From assembly GCA_041497895.1 (NCBI GenBank), contig JBGQHJ010000024.1:1-42134 (forward strand): a stretch of DNA of 42,134 nucleotides, written 5' to 3'. The notes below the pieces were generated by a model, which searched no databases, was not told the origin of the DNA, and saw only the letters and a program-made list of their open reading frames with translations. Numbering within the stretch: the stretch's first letter is position 1; each line of letters begins with the position of its first letter. The DNA comes from Candidatus Methylomirabilia bacterium. Its GTDB lineage: Bacteria; Methylomirabilota; Methylomirabilia; Rokubacteriales; CSP1-6. A program made the position numbers and the translations under genes. This document shows, piece after piece, positions 27,187-36,050 of the stretch.

Positions 27187-28281
27187 CTAGCAGCGCTTCA
27201 CGAGGGCGGGCCAGTCCTCGGCGGGGAGGAGGGGCTCGAGCGTGCCCTTCCAGGCGGCGGCCATGGCCCGGAGGCGGGCGATGCGCTCGTCGGCGAGCGG
27301 GTGGGTCGAGAAGTAGCTCAGCGCCTTCGGCTGGCTGCCTTCCTCCCGCCGGATCGTGTCGAAGAAACCGATCATGCCGGCCGGATCGACCCCCGCGGCC
27401 AGGAGCATCTTCATCCCCTCGATGTCCGCCTCGTCCTCCGCCCGCCGGGAGTAGCGCAGCTCCCCGAGCGTGCGCGCGGTCTGCAGCCCATACGCGAGCG
27501 GGCCGGTCACGTCGCCGGTCAGCGCCATCAGCAGCAGGCCGGTCGAGGCGTCCTGGATCACCGCGCGGGTCGTGTGCCGCCGCAGCACGTGCTGCAGCTC
27601 GTGGGCGACTACGCCGGCCAGCTCCTCCGGGGTACGCGTGCGCTCGAGCAGGCCCGTGAAGATGACGACGCTGCCGCCGGGCAGCGCGTGCGCGTTCACG
27701 ATCGGCCGGTTCACCACGTACACCCGCAGCGTGTAGGGTGACGGCGGCGCGGGCGCGGTGAGCCGGCGCACGATCTCGTCCATCGTCGCGGCCAGACGTG
27801 GGTCCCCGCAGCGGCGGTCGATCGGCGCCAGGTAGGCGATCGCCGATCGGCCCACGTTCTCCTCCCAGGCCACCGGCACCCGCGGCGCGGCCAGGGCGGC
27901 GAGTGCCGGGATGCCCCAGAGGTAGATCGCACCGGTGACCGCGAGCACGCCGGCCGCGGCCGCGATGGTCCAGCGTACCCGCGCCCGGCGCCGGCGCGGA
28001 TCGTGGAAGCGCAGCCGCAGGCCGGGGGCCACCTCGTGCAGGCTCTCGAGGAACGCGCTGTCCGCGATCAGCAGGGTCTCGGGCAGGTCCCCGCCCCGCT
28101 CGATCCGCACCTCTTCGCCCGCGTAGAAGCCCTGGGTCTGGCGCAGCTCCCGGTAGGGCCAGAGCCGGGTCCCGCCGCCGACCGGGCTGATCTCGAGCGC
28201 CTCGCGCATGAGCCGGATGGTCGCGGGGTGACGGGCGGCGGTCTGCCCGTCGAGATAGATCCCCTCCCAGTCGGTCCGCAT
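27187..28281 (-). CDS. M48 family zinc metallopeptidase with N-terminal extension
   Basis: VNAHALPGG, HExxH (AHELQHV), [14 protein letters not shown] and one TM segment. Confidence 0.9.
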   Translation of the reverse strand: MRTDWEGIYLDGQTAARHPATIRLMREALEISPVGGGTRLWPYRELRQTQGFYAGEEVRIERGGDLPETLLIADSAFLESLHEVAPGLRLRFHDPRRRRARVRWTIAAAAGVLAVTGAIYLWGIPALAALAAPRVPVAWEENVGRSAIAYLAPIDRRCGDPRLAATMDEIVRRLTAPAPPSPYTLRVYVVNRPIVNAHALPGGSVVIFTGLLERTRTPEELAGVVAHELQHVLRRHTTRAVIQDASTGLLLMALTGDVTGPLAYGLQTARTLGELRYSRRAEDEADIEGMKMLLAAGVDPAGMIGFFDTIRREEGSQPKALSYFSTHPLADERIARLRAMAAAWKGTLEPLLPAEDWPALVKRC

Positions 28282-28296
28282 CAGGGCCGGAGTTGG

Positions 28297-29427
28297 CTAC
28301 GCGAGATCGAAGCCGGAATCGAAGAAGCCCGAGAGCCCCTCGCCCATGCTGCCGACCTGCTGTGCCTCCTGGCGGATGCGGGCGAGATCGAGCGCGCCCA
28401 CCAGGGCCAGGTTGCGGAAGGCGAAGTGGATGTTGCGCACCCGCACCCAGGGCCAGGCGATCCCCAGCGTACCGACGAGGATCAGCGCGTTGACCACCCA
28501 GAGCCCCAGCAGGGCTCCGCCGGTCACGCTGCAGGAGAAGCGGCCGGAGCCGAAGATGGTGTGGTCCCAGAAGTAGCGGCGCTTGAACGCGACGTACCAG
28601 ACCCAGCACAGGCCGAGCGTGGGCACCGTGAGCAGGAGCGCCAGGAGGAAGCGTCCGAAGAGGTCACGGCCGCGACCGGTGAAATCGAACCGCTCGCCCC
28701 CGAAGTAGGAGTGCGAGACCAGGAACGCCTGGCGCGAGACGAGGAAGAACGGGTAGTAGAGCCCGAGCGTGAGGCCGGTCAGGAAGCTGCCCAGGATGAA
28801 GATCTTCAACAGGTCTGCCACCCGCCCCCGGAAGGAGAAGCGGATGCCGCGCCAGGACGTCCGGCTCAGGCGGTAGCGCCGCGCGCCCACCATCGCGATC
28901 GGGAAGAAGGCGTAGGCCAGCACCGCCACCACGAGCGCGGCCACGCGGCGCAGGAGCACCGGCGCGTCCAGGACGTCGCGGACGAACTGCAGGAGCAGGA
29001 TCGGCACCCCGAAGACGAGCACCGCCTTGATCGTGCCCAGCAGCAGCTCGCGAGCCGTCCCGTGATAGGCGAAGCGATCGCCCTCGATCTCGGTCTGCCC
29101 GGAGAGATACGCGCGGATGCGCGTCTTGGCCCAGAAGTAGTAGATGCCGAGGGTGATCAGCGTCAGCAGGACGTTGACGACGTGGATGCCGAAGAGAGTG
29201 CCGCCGTTGCCGTGGAAGGTCGGATGCCGGACGCTCGAGACCGGGGGCGGCTCCCATCCGGGAGCGGACGGCGGCGCCACGTAGACCGGCGGCGGAGGCG
29301 GGACCGGAGAGCCCGGCGGCGGGGCCGCCGGTGGCGGCGGCCGCCGGGGCGGCGGCGCACCGGTCGCGCCGGGAGAAGCAGGCTTGCGGAAGAATGACGG
29401 CCGGTCCGCAGGTTCCTGCCCGTCCAT
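28297..29427 (-). CDS. YjgN/DUF898 family membrane protein with Pro-rich N-terminal tail
   Basis: Repeated TLGIYYFW / TLGLYYPF / TLGIAWPW, F.YHGT and T.WRGIRF. The DUF898-M48 pairing is known. Confidence 0.88.
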   Translation of the reverse strand: MDGQEPADRPSFFRKPASPGATGAPPPRRPPPPAAPPPGSPVPPPPPVYVAPPSAPGWEPPPVSSVRHPTFHGNGGTLFGIHVVNVLLTLITLGIYYFWAKTRIRAYLSGQTEIEGDRFAYHGTARELLLGTIKAVLVFGVPILLLQFVRDVLDAPVLLRRVAALVVAVLAYAFFPIAMVGARRYRLSRTSWRGIRFSFRGRVADLLKIFILGSFLTGLTLGLYYPFFLVSRQAFLVSHSYFGGERFDFTGRGRDLFGRFLLALLLTVPTLGLCWVWYVAFKRRYFWDHTIFGSGRFSCSVTGGALLGLWVVNALILVGTLGIAWPWVRVRNIHFAFRNLALVGALDLARIRQEAQQVGSMGEGLSGFFDSGFDLA

Positions 29428-29477
29428 ACGAAATGACTATAGGGGCAGAAGCCGCAAGCGAGTCAACCTTTTCGCGG

Positions 29478-30620
29478 TCAGGCGGAGCTGTCGGCGGCGG
29501 CGTACCGCTCCAGGTGGTGCTCGGCGTCCCCGAAGGTCTGGCCGATCATGGTGAGCCGCCGGAAGGTGTGGCTCACCTTCAGCTCCTCGGTCATGCCCAT
29601 GCCCCCGTGGAGCTGCACCGCCTCCTGGCTCACGTGCCGGCAGGCGTCCGCCACCTTGATCTTGGCCGCGGAGACCGCGCGGCGCCGCTCGGCCGGAGGC
29701 GCGGTGTCGACCTTCACGCACGCCAGGCAGGCCATGGAGCGCGCCTGCTCGTAGCTGATGACCATGTCGACCATGCGATGCTGCAGGGCCTGGAAGCTGC
29801 CGATGGGCACCCCGAACTGCCGCCGCGTCTTGATGTACTCGAGCGTGGCCTCGTTGGCGAAGCGGATCGCCCCCACCGCCTCCGCGCAGAGCAGCGCGGT
29901 GGCGTAGTCGGCGGCGTCCTCGATCAGCGGCAGCGCCCGGCCCTCGTCACCCAGCCGTGCCTCGGCCGGCACCGATACCCCGGACAGCCACACGTCGGCG
30001 GCCCGCAGCTCGTCGATGGTGCGGTACTCCTTGAGGGTGACGCCGGGAGCGCTCCGGTCGACCAGGAATAGGTTGATGCCGGTGGCGTCGGCGTCGCCGC
30101 CGCTGGTGCGCGCCGAGACGATCAGGGTGTCGGCGGCGCCTCCGTGGAGCACCGCGCGCTTCTCCCCGTCGAGCGTGTAGCCTGCCCCGGCCCGCTTGGC
30201 CCGGGTGCCGACGTGGGCCAGGTCGTACCGCGCGGTGCGCTCGGTGTGGGCGAAGGCCAGGCGCTGCGTGCCCTGGATCAGGGCGGGCAGGATGCGCTTC
30301 TGCTGGGCCTCGGAGCCGGCCCGGGCCACCAGCCGCCCGGCGAGCCCCACGTTGACCCAGTAGGGCTCCACCACCAGGCCCTCGCCGAGCGCCTCCATGA
30401 CCAGCATCACGTCCACCGCGCTGCCCCCGAACCCACCATGTTCCTCGGCGAACGGCACCCCGAGCAGCCCCATCTCGGCGAACGCGGCCCACACCTTCTC
30501 GCTCCACCCCGAAGCCGACTCCACGATCTTCGCCCGCGCATCCAGCGTGTACTCGTTCGCCAGATACCGCTTCAGCGAATCCGCCAGCAGCTGCTGCTCC
30601 TCGCTCAAATCGAAATTCAT
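29478..30620 (-). CDS. Acyl-CoA dehydrogenase, PimD-like subunit
   Basis: MNFDLSEEQQLL, RRQFGVPIGSFQALQHR and QLHGGMGMT. Confidence 0.88.
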   Translation of the reverse strand: MNFDLSEEQQLLADSLKRYLANEYTLDARAKIVESASGWSEKVWAAFAEMGLLGVPFAEEHGGFGGSAVDVMLVMEALGEGLVVEPYWVNVGLAGRLVARAGSEAQQKRILPALIQGTQRLAFAHTERTARYDLAHVGTRAKRAGAGYTLDGEKRAVLHGGAADTLIVSARTSGGDADATGINLFLVDRSAPGVTLKEYRTIDELRAADVWLSGVSVPAEARLGDEGRALPLIEDAADYATALLCAEAVGAIRFANEATLEYIKTRRQFGVPIGSFQALQHRMVDMVISYEQARSMACLACVKVDTAPPAERRRAVSAAKIKVADACRHVSQEAVQLHGGMGMTEELKVSHTFRRLTMIGQTFGDAEHHLERYAAADSSA

Positions 30621-30668
30621 CCAGTCACTCCTCGCGAGAGTTCGTCATGCCGCCGCAACACCGCGACG

Positions 30669-30829
30669 CCGGCGGGGCCGGGGGGTGGCCCTGGGGGGTC
30701 AGGCTGACCCGTTCCTGCCAACGGAAACGTAAACGCCAACCGCCCAGGCTGGGAACTCCTGACCGGGTCGCCGCCAAGAAACGCGGCGTGGTCAGACGAC
30801 CCCCCAGGGCCACCCCCCGGCCCCGCCGG
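30669..30829. repeat. 161-bp element with 32-bp perfect terminal inverted repeats (MITE-like)
   Basis: CCGGCGGGGCCGGGGGGTGGCCCTGGGGGGTC (30669-30700) is the exact reverse complement of 30798-30829; 97-bp core. Confidence 0.88.
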
Positions 30830-30849
30830 ACATCGCCACGCGCGCGCCA

Positions 30850-32028
30850 CTACAACCCGAGCGTAGCCTTCGCGATGATGTTCCGCTGGATCTCGTTGGA
30901 GCCAGCGTAGATCGTGGCCTTGCGCAGATTGCAGTACCGCGGCGCCAGCCGCGCGGTGAAGTGGTCGAAGTCCATCGCGTCCACCGGACGGAAGGCCTGG
31001 GCCAGCGGGCCCGCGGCCTGCATCATCAGCTCGGTGATCGCCTGCTGGATCTCGGTGCCCTTGATCTTGAGCATCGACACGTCGGCGCCCGGGGGCCGGC
31101 CGCTGCGCCGCATCTGGTCGAGAAAGCGCAGGTTGGTGATCTCCAGCGCCATGAGCTCGACCTCGACCCGCGTGAGCCGGTCGCGGAAGCGCGGGTCCTC
31201 GATGATCGGGCGGCCGTCCTTCATCTGCTCGCCGGCCAGCTCCTTCAGCTTGGCCAGCTCGCGCTTGGAGGCGCCGATGCGGCCGGTGCCCATGCGCTCG
31301 TAGCCCAGCAGGTACTTCGCCACCGTCCAGCCCTTGCCCTCCTCGTGCACGAGGTTCTCGGCCGGCACCTTGACCTCGTCGAAGAAGACCTCGTTGACCT
31401 CCTTGCTGCCGTCCAGCAGGACGATCGGCCGGACCGTGATGCCCGGGCTCTTCATGTCGATCAGAAGGAACGAGATGCCGTCCTGACGCTTGCCGCTGGC
31501 ATCCGTCCGCACCAGGCAGAAGATCCAGTCCGCGTGCTGCGCCATCGTCGTCCAGATCTTCTGGCCCGTGACCACGTAGTGGCCGTCCTGACGCACCGCC
31601 CGCGTCTTGAGCGAGGCCAGGTCCGAGCCCGAGCCCGGCTCCGAGTAGCCCTGGCACCAGAAGTCCTCGCCCTGGTAGATGCGAGGGAGGAAGCGCTTCT
31701 TCTGGGCCTCGGTGCCGAACTGCAGGAGCACGGGCGCGCACATGCGCACGCCGAAGGGCACGATCATCGGGGTGGCCGCGAAACCACACTCCTCCTCGAA
31801 GATGTAGCGCTGCACCACGTTCCAGTCGGTCCCGCCCCACTCCTTCGGCCAGTCGGGGGCCACCCAGCCCTTCTCGGCCAGGATCTTGTGCCAGCGCAGG
31901 AGCTCCTCTTTCGACAACTCCTGGTAGCTCTCCATCTTCTGGCGCAGGTCGGCGGGCAGGTTGGCGCGGAGCCAGCCCCGCACCTCGTCGCGGAACGCCA
32001 GCTCCTCGGGCGAGTAGTTCAGGTCCAT
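30850..32028 (-). CDS. Acyl-CoA dehydrogenase, PimC-like subunit
   Basis: Start at ATG 32028 (MDLNYSPEELAFRDEVR, AGGAG RBS). Contains WCQGYSEPGSGSDLASL, GQKIWT and IYAGSNEIQRNII. Confidence 0.9.
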   Translation of the reverse strand: MDLNYSPEELAFRDEVRGWLRANLPADLRQKMESYQELSKEELLRWHKILAEKGWVAPDWPKEWGGTDWNVVQRYIFEEECGFAATPMIVPFGVRMCAPVLLQFGTEAQKKRFLPRIYQGEDFWCQGYSEPGSGSDLASLKTRAVRQDGHYVVTGQKIWTTMAQHADWIFCLVRTDASGKRQDGISFLLIDMKSPGITVRPIVLLDGSKEVNEVFFDEVKVPAENLVHEEGKGWTVAKYLLGYERMGTGRIGASKRELAKLKELAGEQMKDGRPIIEDPRFRDRLTRVEVELMALEITNLRFLDQMRRSGRPPGADVSMLKIKGTEIQQAITELMMQAAGPLAQAFRPVDAMDFDHFTARLAPRYCNLRKATIYAGSNEIQRNIIAKATLGL

Positions 32029-32083
32029 GGTCGGGCTCCTTAAGGGCGTCGTCGTCGGGCCCCGGTCGGGGCCGAGGGCCATG

Positions 32084-33118
32084 CTATCCCAGGGCGCGGA
32101 TGAGGTCCAGCAACCGGCCCAGGGTGGCGAGCCGCGCGGCGAGCCCCTCCCCCGCCGGCTCCACCCGCAGCGTGGTGATCCCGGCGTGGCGGTAGGCCTC
32201 GAGGCGGGCGCGGATCATGGCCTCGGTGCCGAGCAGGTTGGTCTTGAGCACCAGCTCGTCGGGCACCCGCGCGGCGGCCTCCTCGCGCTTGCCGCCGAGC
32301 CAGAGCCGCTGCACCTCGACGGCAACGTCCTCGTAGCCGGCCCGGCGGAAGGCCTCGTTGTAGAAGTTGTGCTGGCGTGAGCCCATGGCGCCCAGCGTGA
32401 ACGCGAGCCCCGGCTTGCGCGGCGGGATCAGACGCTCCACGTCGTCGGAGAAGGCCACGAGGCCGCCGGCCTGGAGGTCGAGCTGGCCGAGCGAGCGACC
32501 GGCCCTGGCCGCCCCGGTGGCCAGGTGGTCGGTGAACACCTGGGCGTGCTCGGGCATGAACGAGGTCCCGAGCCAGCCGTCGGCGATCTCACCCGTCATC
32601 TCGAGGCTCTTCGGGGAAAGCGTCGCCAGATAGATCGGAATGCCGGGCTGCGGCCGAGCCGCCGATCGGATGGCCTTTCCCTCACCACCGGGCAGCGGCA
32701 GCTCGTAGAGCTTGCCCTTGTAGGCGAGGTGCTCGCCGGTGATGGCGCGCCGGACGATCTCCACGATCTCCCGCATGCGCTGCACCGGGCGGTCGAAGCG
32801 GATGCCGTGCCAGCCCTCGATGACCTGGGGCCCGCTCACGCCAAGCCCGAGCACGAAGCGGCCGTTGGACATGGAGGCGAGGCTCATCGCGGTCATCGCC
32901 ACCAGGGCCGGGGTGCGGGTGCCGGCCTGGATGATCCCGGTGCCCAGGCGGATGCGCGAGGTGCGCGCGGCCATGAAGGCTAGCGGAGTGACCGCGTCGT
33001 GGCCCCAGGCCTCCGCGGACCAGACGTCGTGCACGCCCAGGCGCTCGGCCTCGGTGACGTAGGCGCTCGCCTCCGCCCAGTCGGTCTGAGCGAGCCGCAG
33101 CGAGATCGAGACGCGCAT
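32084..33118 (-). CDS. LLM class oxidoreductase, probably F420-dependent
   Basis: VWSAEAWGHDA, RTPALVAMTA, LGLGVSGPQVIEGWHG and GEIADGW. Confidence 0.88.
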   Translation of the reverse strand: MRVSISLRLAQTDWAEASAYVTEAERLGVHDVWSAEAWGHDAVTPLAFMAARTSRIRLGTGIIQAGTRTPALVAMTAMSLASMSNGRFVLGLGVSGPQVIEGWHGIRFDRPVQRMREIVEIVRRAITGEHLAYKGKLYELPLPGGEGKAIRSAARPQPGIPIYLATLSPKSLEMTGEIADGWLGTSFMPEHAQVFTDHLATGAARAGRSLGQLDLQAGGLVAFSDDVERLIPPRKPGLAFTLGAMGSRQHNFYNEAFRRAGYEDVAVEVQRLWLGGKREEAAARVPDELVLKTNLLGTEAMIRARLEAYRHAGITTLRVEPAGEGLAARLATLGRLLDLIRALG

Positions 33119-33648
33119 CAGGCCGGGCGAGCCGCGCTCGCGCCGAGGGCCGCCGCGATCTTCTGGAGCTGGCCCGCGTGATCCAGGTCGTGCAGGCGGG
33201 TGAAGAGCAGGGTCTCCCGCCAGGAGAGCGGCCCGAACATCGGGTGATCGATCCGCGCCTCGGGGGCGATGGCCGGGTCGACGGCCAGCACCCTCGCGAA
33301 GAGAGCCTCGCGCTGCTCCACGAGGATGCGGTACCAGGCCTCCGCCGGGCGTACCGGCGCGTCCTCGATTCCCCGCGCGCCCGACCGCGGGATCGGCGGC
33401 TGGTCGTCGAATATGCCCACGATATTCCCGCCGAAGTACTGGTCGGCGGCCACCACGTGGGCCATCACCTCGTTACCGCTCCACTCCTCGGGCGCGGGGC
33501 GCTCCGCGAACCGCCCGGGAGGCACCGCGGACGCGGCCGCGCGCAGGTCGGCCATGGCCGCCCGCACCTTCTCGACGATGGCGGCCGGCGTGAGCTTGGC
33601 GCTCTGGGCCACCAGATAGCTCCGGATCCGCGCCTGCTCCTCGTTCAT
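33118..33648 (-). CDS. DinB superfamily protein
   Basis: WSGNEVMAHV, HPMFGPL and HDLDHAGQ (His triad pattern). Confidence 0.85.
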   Translation of the reverse strand: MNEEQARIRSYLVAQSAKLTPAAIVEKVRAAMADLRAAASAVPPGRFAERPAPEEWSGNEVMAHVVAADQYFGGNIVGIFDDQPPIPRSGARGIEDAPVRPAEAWYRILVEQREALFARVLAVDPAIAPEARIDHPMFGPLSWRETLLFTRLHDLDHAGQLQKIAAALGASAARPA

Positions 33649-33670
33649 CGCGTCCTGGACTTTATCAGAT

Positions 33671-33756
33671 GGGGTCAGGTCTTACATTCCGACATTTTTG
33701 GCGCTTGGCGACTCACGAAGCCATCCGGACAATGTCGGAATGTAAGACCTGACCCC
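33671..33756. repeat. 86-bp REP-like hairpin with 26-bp perfect arms
   Basis: GGGGTCAGGTCTTACATTCCGACATT (33671-33696) pairs with AATGTCGGAATGTAAGACCTGACCCC (33731-33756). Confidence 0.92.
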
Positions 33757-33757
33757 G

Positions 33758-34597
33758 TCAGAGGGCGATGGTGTCGAAGAAGGCGGCGATCACGCGCTGG
33801 ACCTCGGCGCGGTGGGAGCGGTTCGGGAAGTGGGGGCCGCCCTCGACCACGTGCAGGCGGGCGCCGGGGATGGCCTCGGCCACCCGGCGGGACATGGCCA
33901 CCGTGGGGAAGCTGTCCTCCGAGCCCGCGATCACCTGCACCGGGCAACGGATGCGGCGGCACTCCTCGAGCCACTCGGTGCGACTGTAGGTCTCGTCGAG
34001 CAGCGCCAGCAGCGAGGCCACCGAGTGGCGCCCGAGCGCCCCGGTCAGCGCCGCGTAGCGGTCCGGGCGCGCCCTGAGCCGGGCCAGCGCCTCTTCCCCC
34101 ATGCGCAGGCGCACGTTGGCGTCGAAGTACTCCGCGAAGCGCCCGGCCTCGACCAGCGGGCGGTGGCGCGCCCACCACGCCTTGTCCTCCGCGGTCGGCT
34201 CGAACGGGGGCCCGCTGATCGACACCACCGCCCGCGCCCGCTCGGGCGCGTGGGCCGCGATCCAGAGCGACAGCGCGCCGCCCATCGAGGCTCCGCCCCA
34301 CACCGCCTCGCGGATCCCGAGGGCGTCGACCCAGTGCAGGAGGTCCTCGCCCTTGCGCGCGTAGGTGTAGTCCGTCACCCGCTCGAAGCGCGTGGAGAGG
34401 CCGTGCCCGCGCGTGTCCGGGAACAGCGCCCGCACCCGGTCGAAAAACGGCTCGATGTCCGGCACCATGACCGACGAGTCCTCGACCGAGCCCCCGTGGA
34501 TCCAGACCACCACCGGCGGGGCGACGGGGGCACTCGAGTGGAGCCCGGCCTCCCGCCAGTGCAGGCGGACGCCGGTGGGCAGGACGACCTCAGGCAG
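33758..34597 (-). CDS. Alpha/beta fold hydrolase (probable CTG start)
   Basis: IHGG, DTRGHG, nucleophile GASMGG, Asp (GSEDS) and His (GPHFPN). The frame extends upstream of GTG 34513 as LPEVVLPTGVRLHWREAG. Confidence 0.85.
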   Translation of the reverse strand: MPEVVLPTGVRLHWREAGLHSSAPVAPPVVVWIHGGSVEDSSVMVPDIEPFFDRVRALFPDTRGHGLSTRFERVTDYTYARKGEDLLHWVDALGIREAVWGGASMGGALSLWIAAHAPERARAVVSISGPPFEPTAEDKAWWARHRPLVEAGRFAEYFDANVRLRMGEEALARLRARPDRYAALTGALGRHSVASLLALLDETYSRTEWLEECRRIRCPVQVIAGSEDSFPTVAMSRRVAEAIPGARLHVVEGGPHFPNRSHRAEVQRVIAAFFDTIAL

Positions 34598-35267
34598 GGC
34601 CCATCCTCTTCTCCAGGTAGCGCGCGTAGCGGGACATGGAGTACGTGCACACCCAGTAGACCACCGCGATGAAGAGGTAGATCGGGAACGGGCGGATCTC
34701 GCGGTTGTTGACGACCTGGGCGGCCTTGGTCAGGTCCATGAAGCCGATGATGGAGGCGAGCGAGGTGTCCTTGAACAGCACGATGAACTGGGTCACCAGC
34801 GACGGGATCATGTTCTTGAGCGCCTGCGGCAGGATGACGAAGCGCATGCCCTGCGCGCCGGAGAGGCCGAGCGCGGTGCCCGCCTCCACCTGGCCGCGCG
34901 GCACCGACTGGATGCCCGCGCGCACGATCTCGCCGAGGTACGCGGCCTCGAAGATCACGAAGGCGGCGAGCGCGACCCCGAACTCGGGGATCGCGGTGTG
35001 GAGCACGATCGGCATGATGAACCACATCCAGAAGATCACCATGACCAGCGGGACACCCCGGAAGAACTCCACGTAGAGCACGGCCGGCATGCGGATCCAC
35101 CACTGCGGGGCCAGCCGGGCGATGCCGATGAAGATGCCGAGGACGAAGCCCAGGACGATCGACGGGATGGCCAGGCGCAGGGTGCCGCCCACGAAGTTGC
35201 CGATGCCCAGGAAGCCCTGGAGCATCAGGAACGGGAAGTTCCGCCAGATGACGTCCAGATCGAGCAT
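34590..35267 (-). CDS. Polar amino acid ABC permease (GltK/HisM-like)
   Basis: ATG 35267. Contains YVEFFRGVP, AAYLGEIVRAGIQS, ILPQA and FKDTSL. Confidence 0.92.
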   Translation of the reverse strand: MLDLDVIWRNFPFLMLQGFLGIGNFVGGTLRLAIPSIVLGFVLGIFIGIARLAPQWWIRMPAVLYVEFFRGVPLVMVIFWMWFIMPIVLHTAIPEFGVALAAFVIFEAAYLGEIVRAGIQSVPRGQVEAGTALGLSGAQGMRFVILPQALKNMIPSLVTQFIVLFKDTSLASIIGFMDLTKAAQVVNNREIRPFPIYLFIAVVYWVCTYSMSRYARYLEKRMGPA

Positions 35268-35269
35268 GG

Positions 35270-35992
35270 CTAGCGCCGCTGCCGCCCGCCCACGATGAGG
35301 CCGGGGATGGCGGTGCGCCGCTCCACCCACGACATGATGATGGCGATCGAGACGCACAGGATCAGGTAGATCACGGTGCCCGCGGTGAGCGCCTCGATGG
35401 CCTTGGCGGTGTAGGTCTCGATCTGGCGCGTCTGGAAGGTGAGCTCGGCCACGCTGATGGTCAGCGCCACCGACGAGTTCTTGAGCAGGTTGAGCGACTC
35501 GTTGGTCCCGGGCGGGATGATGAGGCGCAGCGCCACCGGGAGGATCACGTAGCGGTAGGCCTGGAAGGTGGTGAGCCCGGAGGCCACCGAGGCCTCCAGC
35601 TGGGTGCGCGGGATGGACTGGATGCCGGAGCGCAGCACCTCGGAGAAGCGCGCCCCGCTGTACACGCCGAGCGCGCATACCGCGGCCCAGAACTCGAGCC
35701 CGTGCGCGAAGAGCCAGTCCTGCGCGAACCGGGGCAGGAGCGGCGGGATCGCGAAGTACCAGAAGAACATCCAGACCAGCAGCGGGACGTTGCGGAAGAA
35801 CTCCACGTAGAAGGTGGCTGCCGCGCGCAGGGGCCAGAACCGCACCGTGCGCAGCGCGCCCGAGACCACCCCCAGCGCGGTCGCGAGCAACCAGGCCACG
35901 ATCGACAGCTCGAGCGTGGTGATCAGGCCGCTCAGCAGCCACAGGCCGGACTCCCCGGTCCAGAGCACCGACCAGTTGAACTGGTATCGCAT
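35270..35992 (-). CDS. Polar amino acid ABC permease (GltJ/HisQ-like)
   Basis: YVEFFRNVPLL, EVLRSGIQSIP and LKNSSVA. Confidence 0.92.
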   Translation of the reverse strand: MRYQFNWSVLWTGESGLWLLSGLITTLELSIVAWLLATALGVVSGALRTVRFWPLRAAATFYVEFFRNVPLLVWMFFWYFAIPPLLPRFAQDWLFAHGLEFWAAVCALGVYSGARFSEVLRSGIQSIPRTQLEASVASGLTTFQAYRYVILPVALRLIIPPGTNESLNLLKNSSVALTISVAELTFQTRQIETYTAKAIEALTAGTVIYLILCVSIAIIMSWVERRTAIPGLIVGGRQRR

Positions 35993-36000
35993 GGAGGCTC

Positions 36001-36040
36001 CCCCTCACCCTACCCTCTCCCCCTCGAAGGGGGAGAGGGT
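36001..36040. repeat. CCCTCACCC...CCCTCTCCC/GGGAGAGGG-type REP-like hairpin
   Basis: ACCCTCTCCCCCT-CGA-AGGGGGAGAGGGT (36012-36040), preceded by CCCCTCACCCT. Lies just downstream of the binding-protein stop. Confidence 0.8.
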
Positions 36041-36050
36041 GTCGAGGGCG

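Noticed and set aside
32058..32073. Short GGCCCCG/CGGGGCC hairpin as a terminator
   Set aside because: It is a short all-GC stem with no U-tract, expected by chance at this GC content.
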